From positions 1 to 26,513 of the IMG/VR virus record IMGVR_UViG_3300017747_001102: 26,513 nucleotides of DNA; one strand, given 5' to 3'. Position numbers and translations under genes: made by a program. This DNA is from a virus (Duplodnaviria > Caudoviricetes). Positions 15,993-23,793 of this stretch are shown here, one piece after another (the first letter of the stretch is position 1; each line of letters begins with the position of its first letter). The notes under the pieces were generated by a model, which saw only the letters and a list, made by a program, of their open reading frames with translations, was not told the DNA's origin and did not search any database.

Positions 15993-16634
15993 ATGGTTAA
16001 GAAAACAATCAAAGCACCAGTAGCACTAATGTCGATGTCAGATATCTGCACAGGCCTAGTCACCACGGGCACAGCGCTTAAGAACAATCTCCGCACATAC
16101 ATGGCCTCGGCCTATTATCACGTGAGCGCCAAGGGTGTTACCTTCGAAACGCAGTCAGCAATGATAGCCCGACTGGCCGCGGCATATCGTCACACCATGC
16201 AGAGCACCAAAGGCGATATTGAAATGGACAGCGCGATAGTGGCCGTCCGCCGTGCCATCCTGAATGTCGCCCCGAAAGACTATAAGTTCTTACGCAAAGC
16301 ACCGAGCCAAACCAACCGAGCGCTTGCGGACGCGGCCAAGGCCGCGGCCAAGAAGGCAGGCAACGCAAAGCTTCCTAATGGGGCAGCAGCGGACAAAATA
16401 CCGCTCAAGCTAGCACCCACGGACGGCACAACGATCGCCGCCCCAAGAGCCGCTGTAAGCCTCGCAAGCCCACCTGTAATCCGCACACGTGAGAACTTCC
16501 ACGCGGAGACCGAGAAGCTGTTTGCGGAACTGGAACTCCTAGCCGCGATGATACCCGAGAAGGCCAAGGGCAGACGGCACGCAGTCGACAGCCTCAAAAA
16601 TGCCCGAGCAGAATTTGCAAAAATGAAACTGTAG
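15993..16634 (+). CDS. Hypothetical Ala/Lys-rich protein, first gene of the plus arm
   Basis: 213 aa with SD AGGAG and its own promoter and terminator. Confidence 0.75.
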   Translation: MVKKTIKAPVALMSMSDICTGLVTTGTALKNNLRTYMASAYYHVSAKGVTFETQSAMIARLAAAYRHTMQSTKGDIEMDSAIVAVRRAILNVAPKDYKFLRKAPSQTNRALADAAKAAAKKAGNAKLPNGAAADKIPLKLAPTDGTTIAAPRAAVSLASPPVIRTRENFHAETEKLFAELELLAAMIPEKAKGRRHAVDSLKNARAEFAKMKL

Positions 16635-16649
16635 ACGGCACGTTTTACC

Positions 16650-16673
16650 GCCCCGCGCAAGCGGGGCTTTTTT
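16650..16673 (+). terminator. Rho-independent terminator
   Basis: GCCCCGC-GCAA-GCGGGGC-TTTTTT, 15 nt after the stop codon. Confidence 0.9.
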
Positions 16674-16713
16674 ACGTCCAAAATTCGACTAAAATCTAAG
16701 GCTTTTTTTTTAA

Positions 16714-16740
16714 GAACGAGTGGAACGAGTGAGCCGTCGC
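16714..16740. repeat. GAACGAGT-R-GAACGAGTGAGCCGT element, copy 1 (copy 2 at 18733-18770)
   Basis: 23 of 24 nt identical between 16714-16737 and 18733-18756. Confidence 0.85.
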
Positions 16741-16766
16741 CGTGCCGTCGTCGCAGATTATCCTCG

Positions 16767-17191
16767 TGTTACCGTGTTACCGAATTTTCCTCCGTGTTAC
16801 CAAAAAGGTAACAGACCTAAAGCACAATAAAAGCAACCACTTAGACCTATTCGGGCGCGGAATGTTACCAGAGCAATTCCCACGGTAACATTTAGGTAAG
16901 TTACTGATTTTGCTGTGTTACTTTCCGTAATACTCCCCATATATATATATTATTTATTAAAGATATTTAACAGGAGGTATTTCAGGAGGGGAAGGAACAC
17001 GGGTTTCCCAAGACCGCTTCATAAATCTGAGAACTCGGTAACATCCGCGCCCAAAGTGGCCTAAGTATTTCTAAGTATTAAAAATTGTCCGATACTTTTT
17101 TCGGTAACACGCAGGTAACACTTACACTTATTCGGTAACACGGAAACTGCCGCAGGTTACTTATCAAGGACTTACGTAAAACCCTGTTACC
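16767..17191. repeat. Mirror-symmetric TGTTACC/GGTAACA array around an AT-rich core; putative replication origin
   Basis: 11 exact heptamers, nested inverted repeats centred near 16955, and an AT-only tract at 16939-16961. The origin call is inference. Confidence 0.65.
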
Positions 17192-17236
17192 AACAAAAAA
17201 CGAAACAAAAGCAAATCACAACCAAAAGCACGAACA

Positions 17237-17273
17237 AAAATAAATGTACGCTGAATCCCCAATGTGTCATAAT
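17237..17273 (+). promoter_or_regulatory. Putative early promoter
   Basis: AAAATAAATGTACGC-N10-ATGTGT-CATAAT, an extended -10, preceded by A-tracts. Confidence 0.5.
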
Positions 17274-17306
17274 GTATCACGGTGTCAGAAGAGAGCCGAA
17301 ACCAAT

Positions 17307-17334
17307 ACGGTGATTTACAAATGTAAGTGACCGT
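17307..17334. repeat. 28-bp pseudo-palindromic site, copy 2
   Basis: ACGGTGATTTACA-AA-TGTAAGTGACCGT. Confidence 0.85.
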
Positions 17335-17350
17335 CAACAAGGAGAACGAA

Positions 17351-18076
17351 ATGGGTATGTATTTACTAACAGTACCAACAGCAAACCAGAAGATAGCAAA
17401 GGGACTCAAGCAGAACCACATGACTTATATACTGCACCTCGCACCTTCTACACTTTCGGGGGTAATGAACACATGCCCCATGGCAACCGACTGTAAGTTG
17501 GTATGCCTTAACGAAGCGGGGCGAGGCGGTATATTTAAGAAGGGCGAAACAACCAACGTGATACAGCAAGCTAGAATCAGGAAGACAAAGCTGTTCCACA
17601 CCAACAAGTCGGTGTTCTTTACCCAGTTGGAGTGCGACATCAGACTTGCTCAAAAGCAAGCGGAGCGGAAGGGCATGACCCTGAGTATTAGGCTGAATGG
17701 CACGAGCGACATCGTGTGGGAGAAATACAGGGTATCGGCAGGGGAACATCAGGGGGAGACTATCTTCAGCCTGTTCCCAGATACGATATTCTACGACTAT
17801 ACAAAAGTCCCCAATCGCAGACCACCTTCAAACTATCACTTAACTTTTAGTAGGGCAGAGACCATGACAAACCACAAACATGTATTGCAGGCCATCAAGG
17901 ACGATCAAAACGTCGCAGTAGTCTTTCGAGGCGCGCTACCCAGTACATACCTAGGATTACCTGTTATCTCAGGTGATGACAGCGACCTGCGTTTCCTCGA
18001 CCCTAAAGGCCACATCATAGGACTGAAGGCCAAGGGCAAGGCCAAGAAGGACACAAGCGGTTTTGTAGTAGGATAA
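17351..18076 (+). CDS. GP88-family phage protein (Cys-motif, radical-SAM-like)
   Basis: CPMATDCKLVCLN, IRLNGTSDI, FYDYTK, NYHLTFS and GDDSDLRFLD motifs. SD AGGAG before ATG 17351. Confidence 0.75.
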   Translation: MGMYLLTVPTANQKIAKGLKQNHMTYILHLAPSTLSGVMNTCPMATDCKLVCLNEAGRGGIFKKGETTNVIQQARIRKTKLFHTNKSVFFTQLECDIRLAQKQAERKGMTLSIRLNGTSDIVWEKYRVSAGEHQGETIFSLFPDTIFYDYTKVPNRRPPSNYHLTFSRAETMTNHKHVLQAIKDDQNVAVVFRGALPSTYLGLPVISGDDSDLRFLDPKGHIIGLKAKGKAKKDTSGFVVG

Positions 18077-18115
18077 ACAACAAAAGGGCGGCAACGCCCA
18101 CACAAGGAGAATCAC

Positions 18116-18376
18116 ATGAAAATCATAGTGTACAGCGACAGCGGTCATGCATGGGGTAAGGTCAAGAAGACAGACATTGCCAAGCTAGCGTTAAGTATCT
18201 CTACGTACTCATATCAGAGGGGGGCATATGCGTACCTCGAGGAGGATTGTGACTTACCAAAGTTTGTCATGGCATGGCAGGATGCGAATCCGACCAAAGG
18301 AAATATAAGCTACGTTGGGCGGTACAGCGAGGGCAATAGCCGAATCAGGTCATATGAATGTTATAGGGGATATTGA
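18116..18376 (+). CDS. Conserved hypothetical phage protein
   Basis: SDSGHAW...YLEEDCD motifs, SD AGGAG. Confidence 0.75.
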   Translation: MKIIVYSDSGHAWGKVKKTDIAKLALSISTYSYQRGAYAYLEEDCDLPKFVMAWQDANPTKGNISYVGRYSEGNSRIRSYECYRGY

Positions 18377-18377
18377 G

Positions 18378-18551
18378 ATGACAATGGAGAGAAGGTGGTC
18401 GGAAGGCCTATTAGATGACGAGTATGCGGCATATATCATGAAGCATTGCGGTGGTGAGCGCCCTATATGTAATGGGAACGACCTCATACTGGCAATGGAG
18501 GCACACTATCTATTAGATAGCTTTTTAGGGGGGCAACATCATGCAGACTAA
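18378..18551 (+). CDS. Hypothetical protein
   Basis: ATG 1 nt after the upstream stop: MTMERRWSEG...ICNGNDLI. Confidence 0.6.
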   Translation: MTMERRWSEGLLDDEYAAYIMKHCGGERPICNGNDLILAMEAHYLLDSFLGGQHHAD

Positions 18552-18762
18552 GAGATACGAGATACAGACCTATTGTATCTGCGGTGGGTGGGTAAACACT
18601 TCAGAGGAGCAGGACACCTACGTTTCCCACAAGGAGGCACAAGATGAACTGAATGACCTATTGGAGAACCTCGCGGATTCGGTGGCTTTAGGTTTTATGG
18701 ATGACTACGACCCGACAGAGTGGCGAGTAGCGGAACGAGTAGAACGAGTGAGCCGTGGATGA
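18541..18762 (+). CDS. Hypothetical acidic protein
   Basis: 73 aa with SD GGGGG, overlapping the upstream gene. Confidence 0.65.
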   Translation: MQTKRYEIQTYCICGGWVNTSEEQDTYVSHKEAQDELNDLLENLADSVALGFMDDYDPTEWRVAERVERVSRG

Positions 18763-18773
18763 GCCGTCGCGGA

Positions 18774-18801
18774 ACGGCCACTTACAAATGTAAGTCAACG
18801 T
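18774..18801. repeat. 28-bp pseudo-palindromic site, copy 3
   Basis: ACGGCCACTTACA-AA-TGTAAGTCAACGT. Confidence 0.85.
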
Positions 18802-18819
18802 AATCAAAGGAGGATTAAA

Positions 18820-18993
18820 ATGATAATAATTGATAGACACACACATAAAACGCTAACGGATATCGAGATACTCGCGGAAGTTAATCGCGACCACAGCGAC
18901 GAGTGGGAAGAGTACACAATGCACGATTTGAACACCACACCAGACGAGGTAGTCGAATGGATTGATCCGCAGTATTTTATAATAGGGGCTTAA
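18820..18993 (+). CDS. Hypothetical protein, 57 aa (not in the ORF track)
   Basis: SD AAGGAGG; MIIIDRHTHKTLTDIEILAEVNRDHSDEWEEY... Confidence 0.7.
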   Translation: MIIIDRHTHKTLTDIEILAEVNRDHSDEWEEYTMHDLNTTPDEVVEWIDPQYFIIGA

Positions 18994-18994
18994 A

Positions 18995-19141
18995 ATGAGA
19001 GTGCGCCAGTTAATTGCATTACTGAAAGATGTGGATGGGGACAAGGAAGTTTATGGTTTTAGTTTTTCCGCACTTTATGAGATAGACATGGTGGATGAAT
19101 TATCCGACAGAGTAGACCTTAACTTAGGAGACAAGATATGA
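18995..19141 (+). CDS. Hypothetical protein, 48 aa (not in the ORF track)
   Basis: MRVRQLIALLKDVDGDKEVY..., SD AGGGG, ATGA overlap with the next gene. Confidence 0.65.
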   Translation: MRVRQLIALLKDVDGDKEVYGFSFSALYEIDMVDELSDRVDLNLGDKI

Positions 19142-19227
19142 AAAATGAGCTGATGTTTAGTGGATGGATTGATTACGCAGTAGGTTTTGTAGTGGGGTGT
19201 TTGTTTATATTAATAGTTACTTCATAG
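19138..19227 (+). CDS. Membrane micro-protein, 29 aa
   Basis: SD AGGAG; MKNELMFSGWIDYAVGFVVGCLFILIVTS. Confidence 0.55.
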   Translation: MKNELMFSGWIDYAVGFVVGCLFILIVTS

Positions 19228-19236
19228 GGGGTTGAG

Positions 19237-19449
19237 ATGAGTAACAATTGCGGCGAAAAAGACGACGATTCAATCAGTATTACATGGCATATAGATGATG
19301 TGCGAAGCAACACAGACAGGCCTATAACAGACGAGCAATGCCGTGAGGTGTTGAGGTTGGCGGACAAGTGCCACGACGCAAACATAGGGATTAATTGGGA
19401 TTCTCTTACGGTGTATACCGACATGGTGCTGGGGGATGATGATGAGTGA
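19237..19449 (+). CDS. Hypothetical protein
   Basis: ITWHIDDV...HDANIGINWD motif, SD GGGGG. Confidence 0.7.
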   Translation: MSNNCGEKDDDSISITWHIDDVRSNTDRPITDEQCREVLRLADKCHDANIGINWDSLTVYTDMVLGDDDE

Positions 19450-19642
19450 TACGATTGTTAAAAAATACACAATAATTCAGACGCACCACGGGTTTATTAT
19501 TGACGCTGGGGAGGATGGGTATGTATCTGTCCCTAATTTAGCTGATGATGACCTGATGCAACCCTTATTGATGGAGATGATGGATGTAATAAGGGGCGCA
19601 TTCGGTATGTTGTACGACAGAGCAAACAACAGGGGGGTGTGA
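19436..19642 (+). CDS. Hypothetical protein
   Basis: 68 aa, overlapping the upstream gene. Confidence 0.6.
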   Translation: MMMSDTIVKKYTIIQTHHGFIIDAGEDGYVSVPNLADDDLMQPLLMEMMDVIRGAFGMLYDRANNRGV

Positions 19643-19707
19643 GATGATTGATATATTACATTTTGGGAGTTAATTAATGAAGACGAGAGAATACCTAATA
19701 AAAACAA

Positions 19708-19736
19708 TTGCATGGCTACATAGTGGGGTGTATAAT
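19708..19736 (+). promoter_or_regulatory. Near-consensus sigma70 promoter
   Basis: TTGCAT, 17-nt spacer, TATAAT, preceded by an A-rich tract. Confidence 0.75.
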
Positions 19737-19927
19737 ATACATCCTGCTGTGATAACAGCCCGAACCAACGAACTACAACGCAGACTAGACATAATAGATG
19801 GGCTACTAAGGAGAAAGGGAGATGCACCGCCACACAAGCAAGTTCAATAGGAAGAAGGTTCACGTAAGCAGAAGTAGACAGAGGCATCACTTAATAGGAC
19901 TAATCCGACAACTCAAGGGGGTATATC

Positions 19928-21022
19928 ATGGACAACAAGAACGCACTAACAGTAGACCATAACGAAGCCGCGGCACTTATCCGTATCAACGGTAGCAAGG
20001 TGTCGTATGTTATAGAAGGAGAGCCAGGGGTAGGCAAGTCGAGCATATTAAAGACATTGCAGGCACAGCTAGGGAACAAGTACGAATACATCTACATTGA
20101 TGTACCACTCAAGGACATACCCGACATCGCCCTGTCAATGCCCAACCACGACACCAAGACCACAGTCCCATACGTCAACAGCATATGGTATGGCAAGGAC
20201 AAGCTGAAGCCTAAGGTGGTTATGCTAGACGAGGTGTTCAAGGGGTCAGAGTATGTGAAGCTGATGATGAACCGACTGCTACTAGAGCATATGGTGGGGG
20301 ACTATGCGTTGCCCGAGGGTAGTATTGTGTTCGGTACGACTAACAATGCATCGGACGGTGTAGGTGACAAGAGCAACGGACATACTAACAGCCGTGTGGT
20401 GAGGGTACGGATAGGTAAGCCAAGCCAAGCCCAATGGACACAATGGGCAGTAGATAACAAGGTGGATGGGTTGGTGTTGGCATGGGTAGCACAGAATCCT
20501 GCGGTGTTTGGGTCATACAAGGACACAGCATTCGACCCACGACTGCATAAGGATGGGCAGGGTATATTCCACTACATCTATCACCCACAGCACAACAACG
20601 TATCCTATGTGTGTCCTCGCACACTAGAGATGGCATCACACCAACTGAAGAACATCGGGGAGTTAGGGGATGCGCTCATAACCAAGGCACTGGTGGGCAC
20701 AATAGGTAGTAAGGCGGCATTGGACATGAGTGCGCTCATTGCCTTAGGGTCAGACCTACCACACCCCAACGACATCATCAAAGCACCAACCAAGGCAAGG
20801 ATACCCAAGTCAGCCCCTGCCCAGTTGATGATGCTATATAAGTCCATGCAGTACCTAGATGCGGAGAATATGGACAGCTTCGTTACGTACTTCAAGCGTA
20901 TGCCACTAGAGATGACATCAACGTGGATTAAGACAGTCGTAGCATCACAGGCGGTTATGGAGTTTGCGATAAAGAATAAGCAGATAACCGCGTTTGCAAT
21001 CGAGAACTCATGGGTGATTTGA
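19928..21022 (+). CDS. MoxR/AAA_5-type AAA+ ATPase
   Basis: Walker A GEPGVGKS, Walker B VMLDE, sensor TTN, and CPRT sensor-2-like motif. Confidence 0.85.
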   Translation: MDNKNALTVDHNEAAALIRINGSKVSYVIEGEPGVGKSSILKTLQAQLGNKYEYIYIDVPLKDIPDIALSMPNHDTKTTVPYVNSIWYGKDKLKPKVVMLDEVFKGSEYVKLMMNRLLLEHMVGDYALPEGSIVFGTTNNASDGVGDKSNGHTNSRVVRVRIGKPSQAQWTQWAVDNKVDGLVLAWVAQNPAVFGSYKDTAFDPRLHKDGQGIFHYIYHPQHNNVSYVCPRTLEMASHQLKNIGELGDALITKALVGTIGSKAALDMSALIALGSDLPHPNDIIKAPTKARIPKSAPAQLMMLYKSMQYLDAENMDSFVTYFKRMPLEMTSTWIKTVVASQAVMEFAIKNKQITAFAIENSWVI

Positions 21023-21023
21023 T

Positions 21024-21347
21024 ATGAGTGATATATGGATTGCACTTAACTGCAATACAACTGTGATGGTGCAGTATGATGGTTCTTGTAGAGTCTGCAA
21101 CATCACCGCTAAGGGTACCTCAAGGGCTTACGCCGACATAACTGCATTACCTCCGTGGATGCAACAAGACATACTGTGGCTCAAGTGGTCTTCAAGTGGG
21201 GTGTGGAGTAAGTTAGGTATGCGGCGTCGTGTATCAATGAAGGACGATTTTGCGAGTGATGGTGCTGTCCTGCAGTACTGTTTGTTTAGCCCTGCATTAA
21301 AAAGGCGGTTATCACAACTAGAAAAGGAGAATCAAAATGAGCAATAA
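21024..21347 (+). CDS. Hypothetical protein
   Basis: 107 aa, tightly packed within the operon. Confidence 0.6.
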   Translation: MSDIWIALNCNTTVMVQYDGSCRVCNITAKGTSRAYADITALPPWMQQDILWLKWSSSGVWSKLGMRRRVSMKDDFASDGAVLQYCLFSPALKRRLSQLEKENQNEQ

Positions 21348-22188
21348 CACAATCAATGCATGTATCTGTGAACTTAACATCAGCGTATGGACAGCACGTA
21401 AGCACGACAAGACAGCATCACGTGAGGTTAAGCGGGACAAGGGGGCATACAGCGATGATGCCGCGAGGGTCAACAAGAACCTGATGGCGGGGATGGCTAA
21501 CCTTAAGAAGGTAACGGACTTTGTAGCGGCAACACGATCAACCTTCTATACCATGACATTGCCTTGGAGTGATAGTGGGCAGAGGCTTATCCCGATGGCA
21601 CAGTTCTTTGAGTTGAAGAAATGGATTAACACCCAGGAGATAGAGTTCAACAGCATAGTGGGCGAGTTCTTACGTGACTACCCAAGCTTGATTAGTTCAC
21701 AGGCATTCCAACTGGGGGCGTTGTTCAATAGGAACGAGTATCCGTCCGTGGACGATATCAGGAATAAGTTCGGGTTCAGGGTTGGATTCCTACCGCTACC
21801 ACAGGCAGGGGACTTCAGGGTGGATGCAACGACAGAGGTTATCAACGAGATGCAAGCCCAGTACACATCCATGCTCGACACACGTATCCAACAAGTCAAC
21901 GAAGACCTATGGGAACGACTGCATAGCACGATTAAGCATATGTCAGACCGTATGGGTGTCAGCGCGGATGGTAAGAAGAATATATTCCGTGACAGCCTAG
22001 TAGAGAATGCTGTAGACTTATGCGACCTTTTGAAACGACTCAACATCACCAACGACCAGAAGCTAGAGAAGGCACGTGCATCATTGGAGTCAGCGTTGTT
22101 AGGTGTGGATGCTACGGAGTTGCGCAAGGAAGGGGCGCGGGAGGAAATGGCAATCAAACTAGACAACATACTAGGCGCATGGGTGTGA
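21337..22188 (+). CDS. DUF3150-like helical protein
   Basis: WTARKHD...TLPWSDSGQRLIP...LGALFNRNEYP...LNITND motifs, SD AAGGAG. Confidence 0.6.
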   Translation: MSNNTINACICELNISVWTARKHDKTASREVKRDKGAYSDDAARVNKNLMAGMANLKKVTDFVAATRSTFYTMTLPWSDSGQRLIPMAQFFELKKWINTQEIEFNSIVGEFLRDYPSLISSQAFQLGALFNRNEYPSVDDIRNKFGFRVGFLPLPQAGDFRVDATTEVINEMQAQYTSMLDTRIQQVNEDLWERLHSTIKHMSDRMGVSADGKKNIFRDSLVENAVDLCDLLKRLNITNDQKLEKARASLESALLGVDATELRKEGAREEMAIKLDNILGAWV

Positions 22189-22385
22189 TGGATGAGATAT
22201 TCGTTAAGACATGGATAGAGGCATCAGGCTATGAGCCAATGAGCTACCTAATACCTGAGACACAAGACCTAGTAAAGCGGGTGTTGTGGCAACCTAAGGA
22301 TGTAGAAAGTAGCCTCGGGTATTGGAGTGAAGGGACGATGAGCCATAGGAAGTACGTATTTTTATACGACGAGGAGGAGGAATAA
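22188..22385 (+). CDS. Hypothetical protein
   Basis: TGATG coupling at 22188: MDEIFVKTW... Confidence 0.55.
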   Translation: MDEIFVKTWIEASGYEPMSYLIPETQDLVKRVLWQPKDVESSLGYWSEGTMSHRKYVFLYDEEEE

Positions 22386-22386
22386 C

Positions 22387-23544
22387 ATGAACAAATTAAC
22401 AGCAGAGCAACAGATAAGTAAGGCTAAGGTAGCACTAATGAATGAACCCGACTGGCGATGGTTGGCAGGGATTCTTATGATGGGGACAACTACGTTCGAC
22501 AACCCTAAGGTTACGACAGCGGCAACGGATGGGTTGAATGAGATATACGACAGGGACTTCGTGTCGGGGTTATGCGCAGAGCAAGTTAAGTTCCTTGTGC
22601 TACATGAGAACTTCCATAAGATGTTCAGGCACTTGTTTATATGGCAAGAACTAAGCAAGGAGAACCATGCCCTAGCGAACATAGCCTGCGATGCAGTCAT
22701 CAACACCCAGTACCTACATGGTAAGCCTGGCATTAAGTTTATAGATGGTGGGGTACTGATGCCTGAGTATGCCGACAAGGATATATGGAACACCCGAGCA
22801 ATCTTCGAGGACTTAAAGAAGAAGGGCGGTAAGCCTAAGGAAGGGCACGACACCCACCAATGGGAAGAAGCTAAGGAGATAAGCGAGGCAGATGCCAAGG
22901 ACATAGCACAACAGATAGAGGCGACACTACGTCAGGCTACAGTAGCAGGAGATATAGGTGCGGGTATGCCCCGAGGGATTAGGGAGATGTTAGTACCGCC
23001 TGTGGATTGGCGTGAGGCATTAGCTGAGTTCGTTAAGTCCCAGTGCGTAGGGTTTGATAAACAGACATGGCGAGCACCACACAGGACATACCTAGCACAC
23101 GACTTATACATGCCATCATCATACTCAGATACAGTCGGGCGGTTACTGATTGCGGGGGATACATCAGGTTCGATCAATGACAAGGCACTATCAGTATTCC
23201 TAGGGTATATGCAACAGCTATGTGATGAGGTGAATCCTGATGGCATAGACATAGCATGGTGGGATACTGAGGTTGCTTCCGTGGATACGTTTGAGCGGGG
23301 TACTATGGGTGGGCTAGTCGGTGCAGTTAAACCATCAGGCGGTGGAGGAACCGACCCCTCATGCCTGCCTATCTGGGCTAAGAAAGAACAGAAGGAATAT
23401 GTATGTGCCATCGTGATAACAGACGGAGAGTTTAATGAGGTAGGGGATTGGGGTGACCTGCCTGTATTGTGGTTAGTAATTAACAATCGCCCTGTGGATA
23501 ACATAACAGTAGGCAGGACAATTCATATAAAGGAGATGGTATGA
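22387..23544 (+). CDS. DUF2201-type protein: N-terminal HExxH metallopeptidase-like domain plus C-terminal vWA domain
   Basis: TAATDG, HENFH and NIACDAVIN, then MIDAS DTSGS, GGGGTD and ITDG. Confidence 0.85.
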   Translation: MNKLTAEQQISKAKVALMNEPDWRWLAGILMMGTTTFDNPKVTTAATDGLNEIYDRDFVSGLCAEQVKFLVLHENFHKMFRHLFIWQELSKENHALANIACDAVINTQYLHGKPGIKFIDGGVLMPEYADKDIWNTRAIFEDLKKKGGKPKEGHDTHQWEEAKEISEADAKDIAQQIEATLRQATVAGDIGAGMPRGIREMLVPPVDWREALAEFVKSQCVGFDKQTWRAPHRTYLAHDLYMPSSYSDTVGRLLIAGDTSGSINDKALSVFLGYMQQLCDEVNPDGIDIAWWDTEVASVDTFERGTMGGLVGAVKPSGGGGTDPSCLPIWAKKEQKEYVCAIVITDGEFNEVGDWGDLPVLWLVINNRPVDNITVGRTIHIKEMV

Positions 23545-23783
23545 AAAAAGAAGAGAGGGACAGGCAACTGGTTGCTGTGGAGAAAATGAGAGACAATCTG
23601 CTTGTGTTGTTGGATAAGGAAAAGGTTCACGCCAGCGTGGGGGTATCCGCGTGCTTATCAGTTGCGTTGGCGGTACTGGTTAACTCAAACTTTAGCAAGG
23701 AAGAGGTAACAAAGCATATGCTTGCGGCTATAGATATAGTATATGCGGACAATAATGATGATGATGAAGCAGTCATACACTAA
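23541..23783 (+). CDS. Hypothetical protein
   Basis: ATGA overlap with the upstream gene, SD GGAG. Confidence 0.65.
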   Translation: MKKEERDRQLVAVEKMRDNLLVLLDKEKVHASVGVSACLSVALAVLVNSNFSKEEVTKHMLAAIDIVYADNNDDDEAVIH

Positions 23784-23793
23784 GGAGAATGAT

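Noticed and set aside
16767-17191. CRISPR array
   Set aside because: The repeats are 7-14 bp, in both orientations and irregularly spaced. There is no repeat-spacer periodicity and no cas gene.
15851-17334. Invertible segment, IS or transposon bounded by inverted repeats
   Set aside because: No recombinase or transposase is in the window, the AA cores are in direct orientation, a third site exists, and no target-site duplication is evident.
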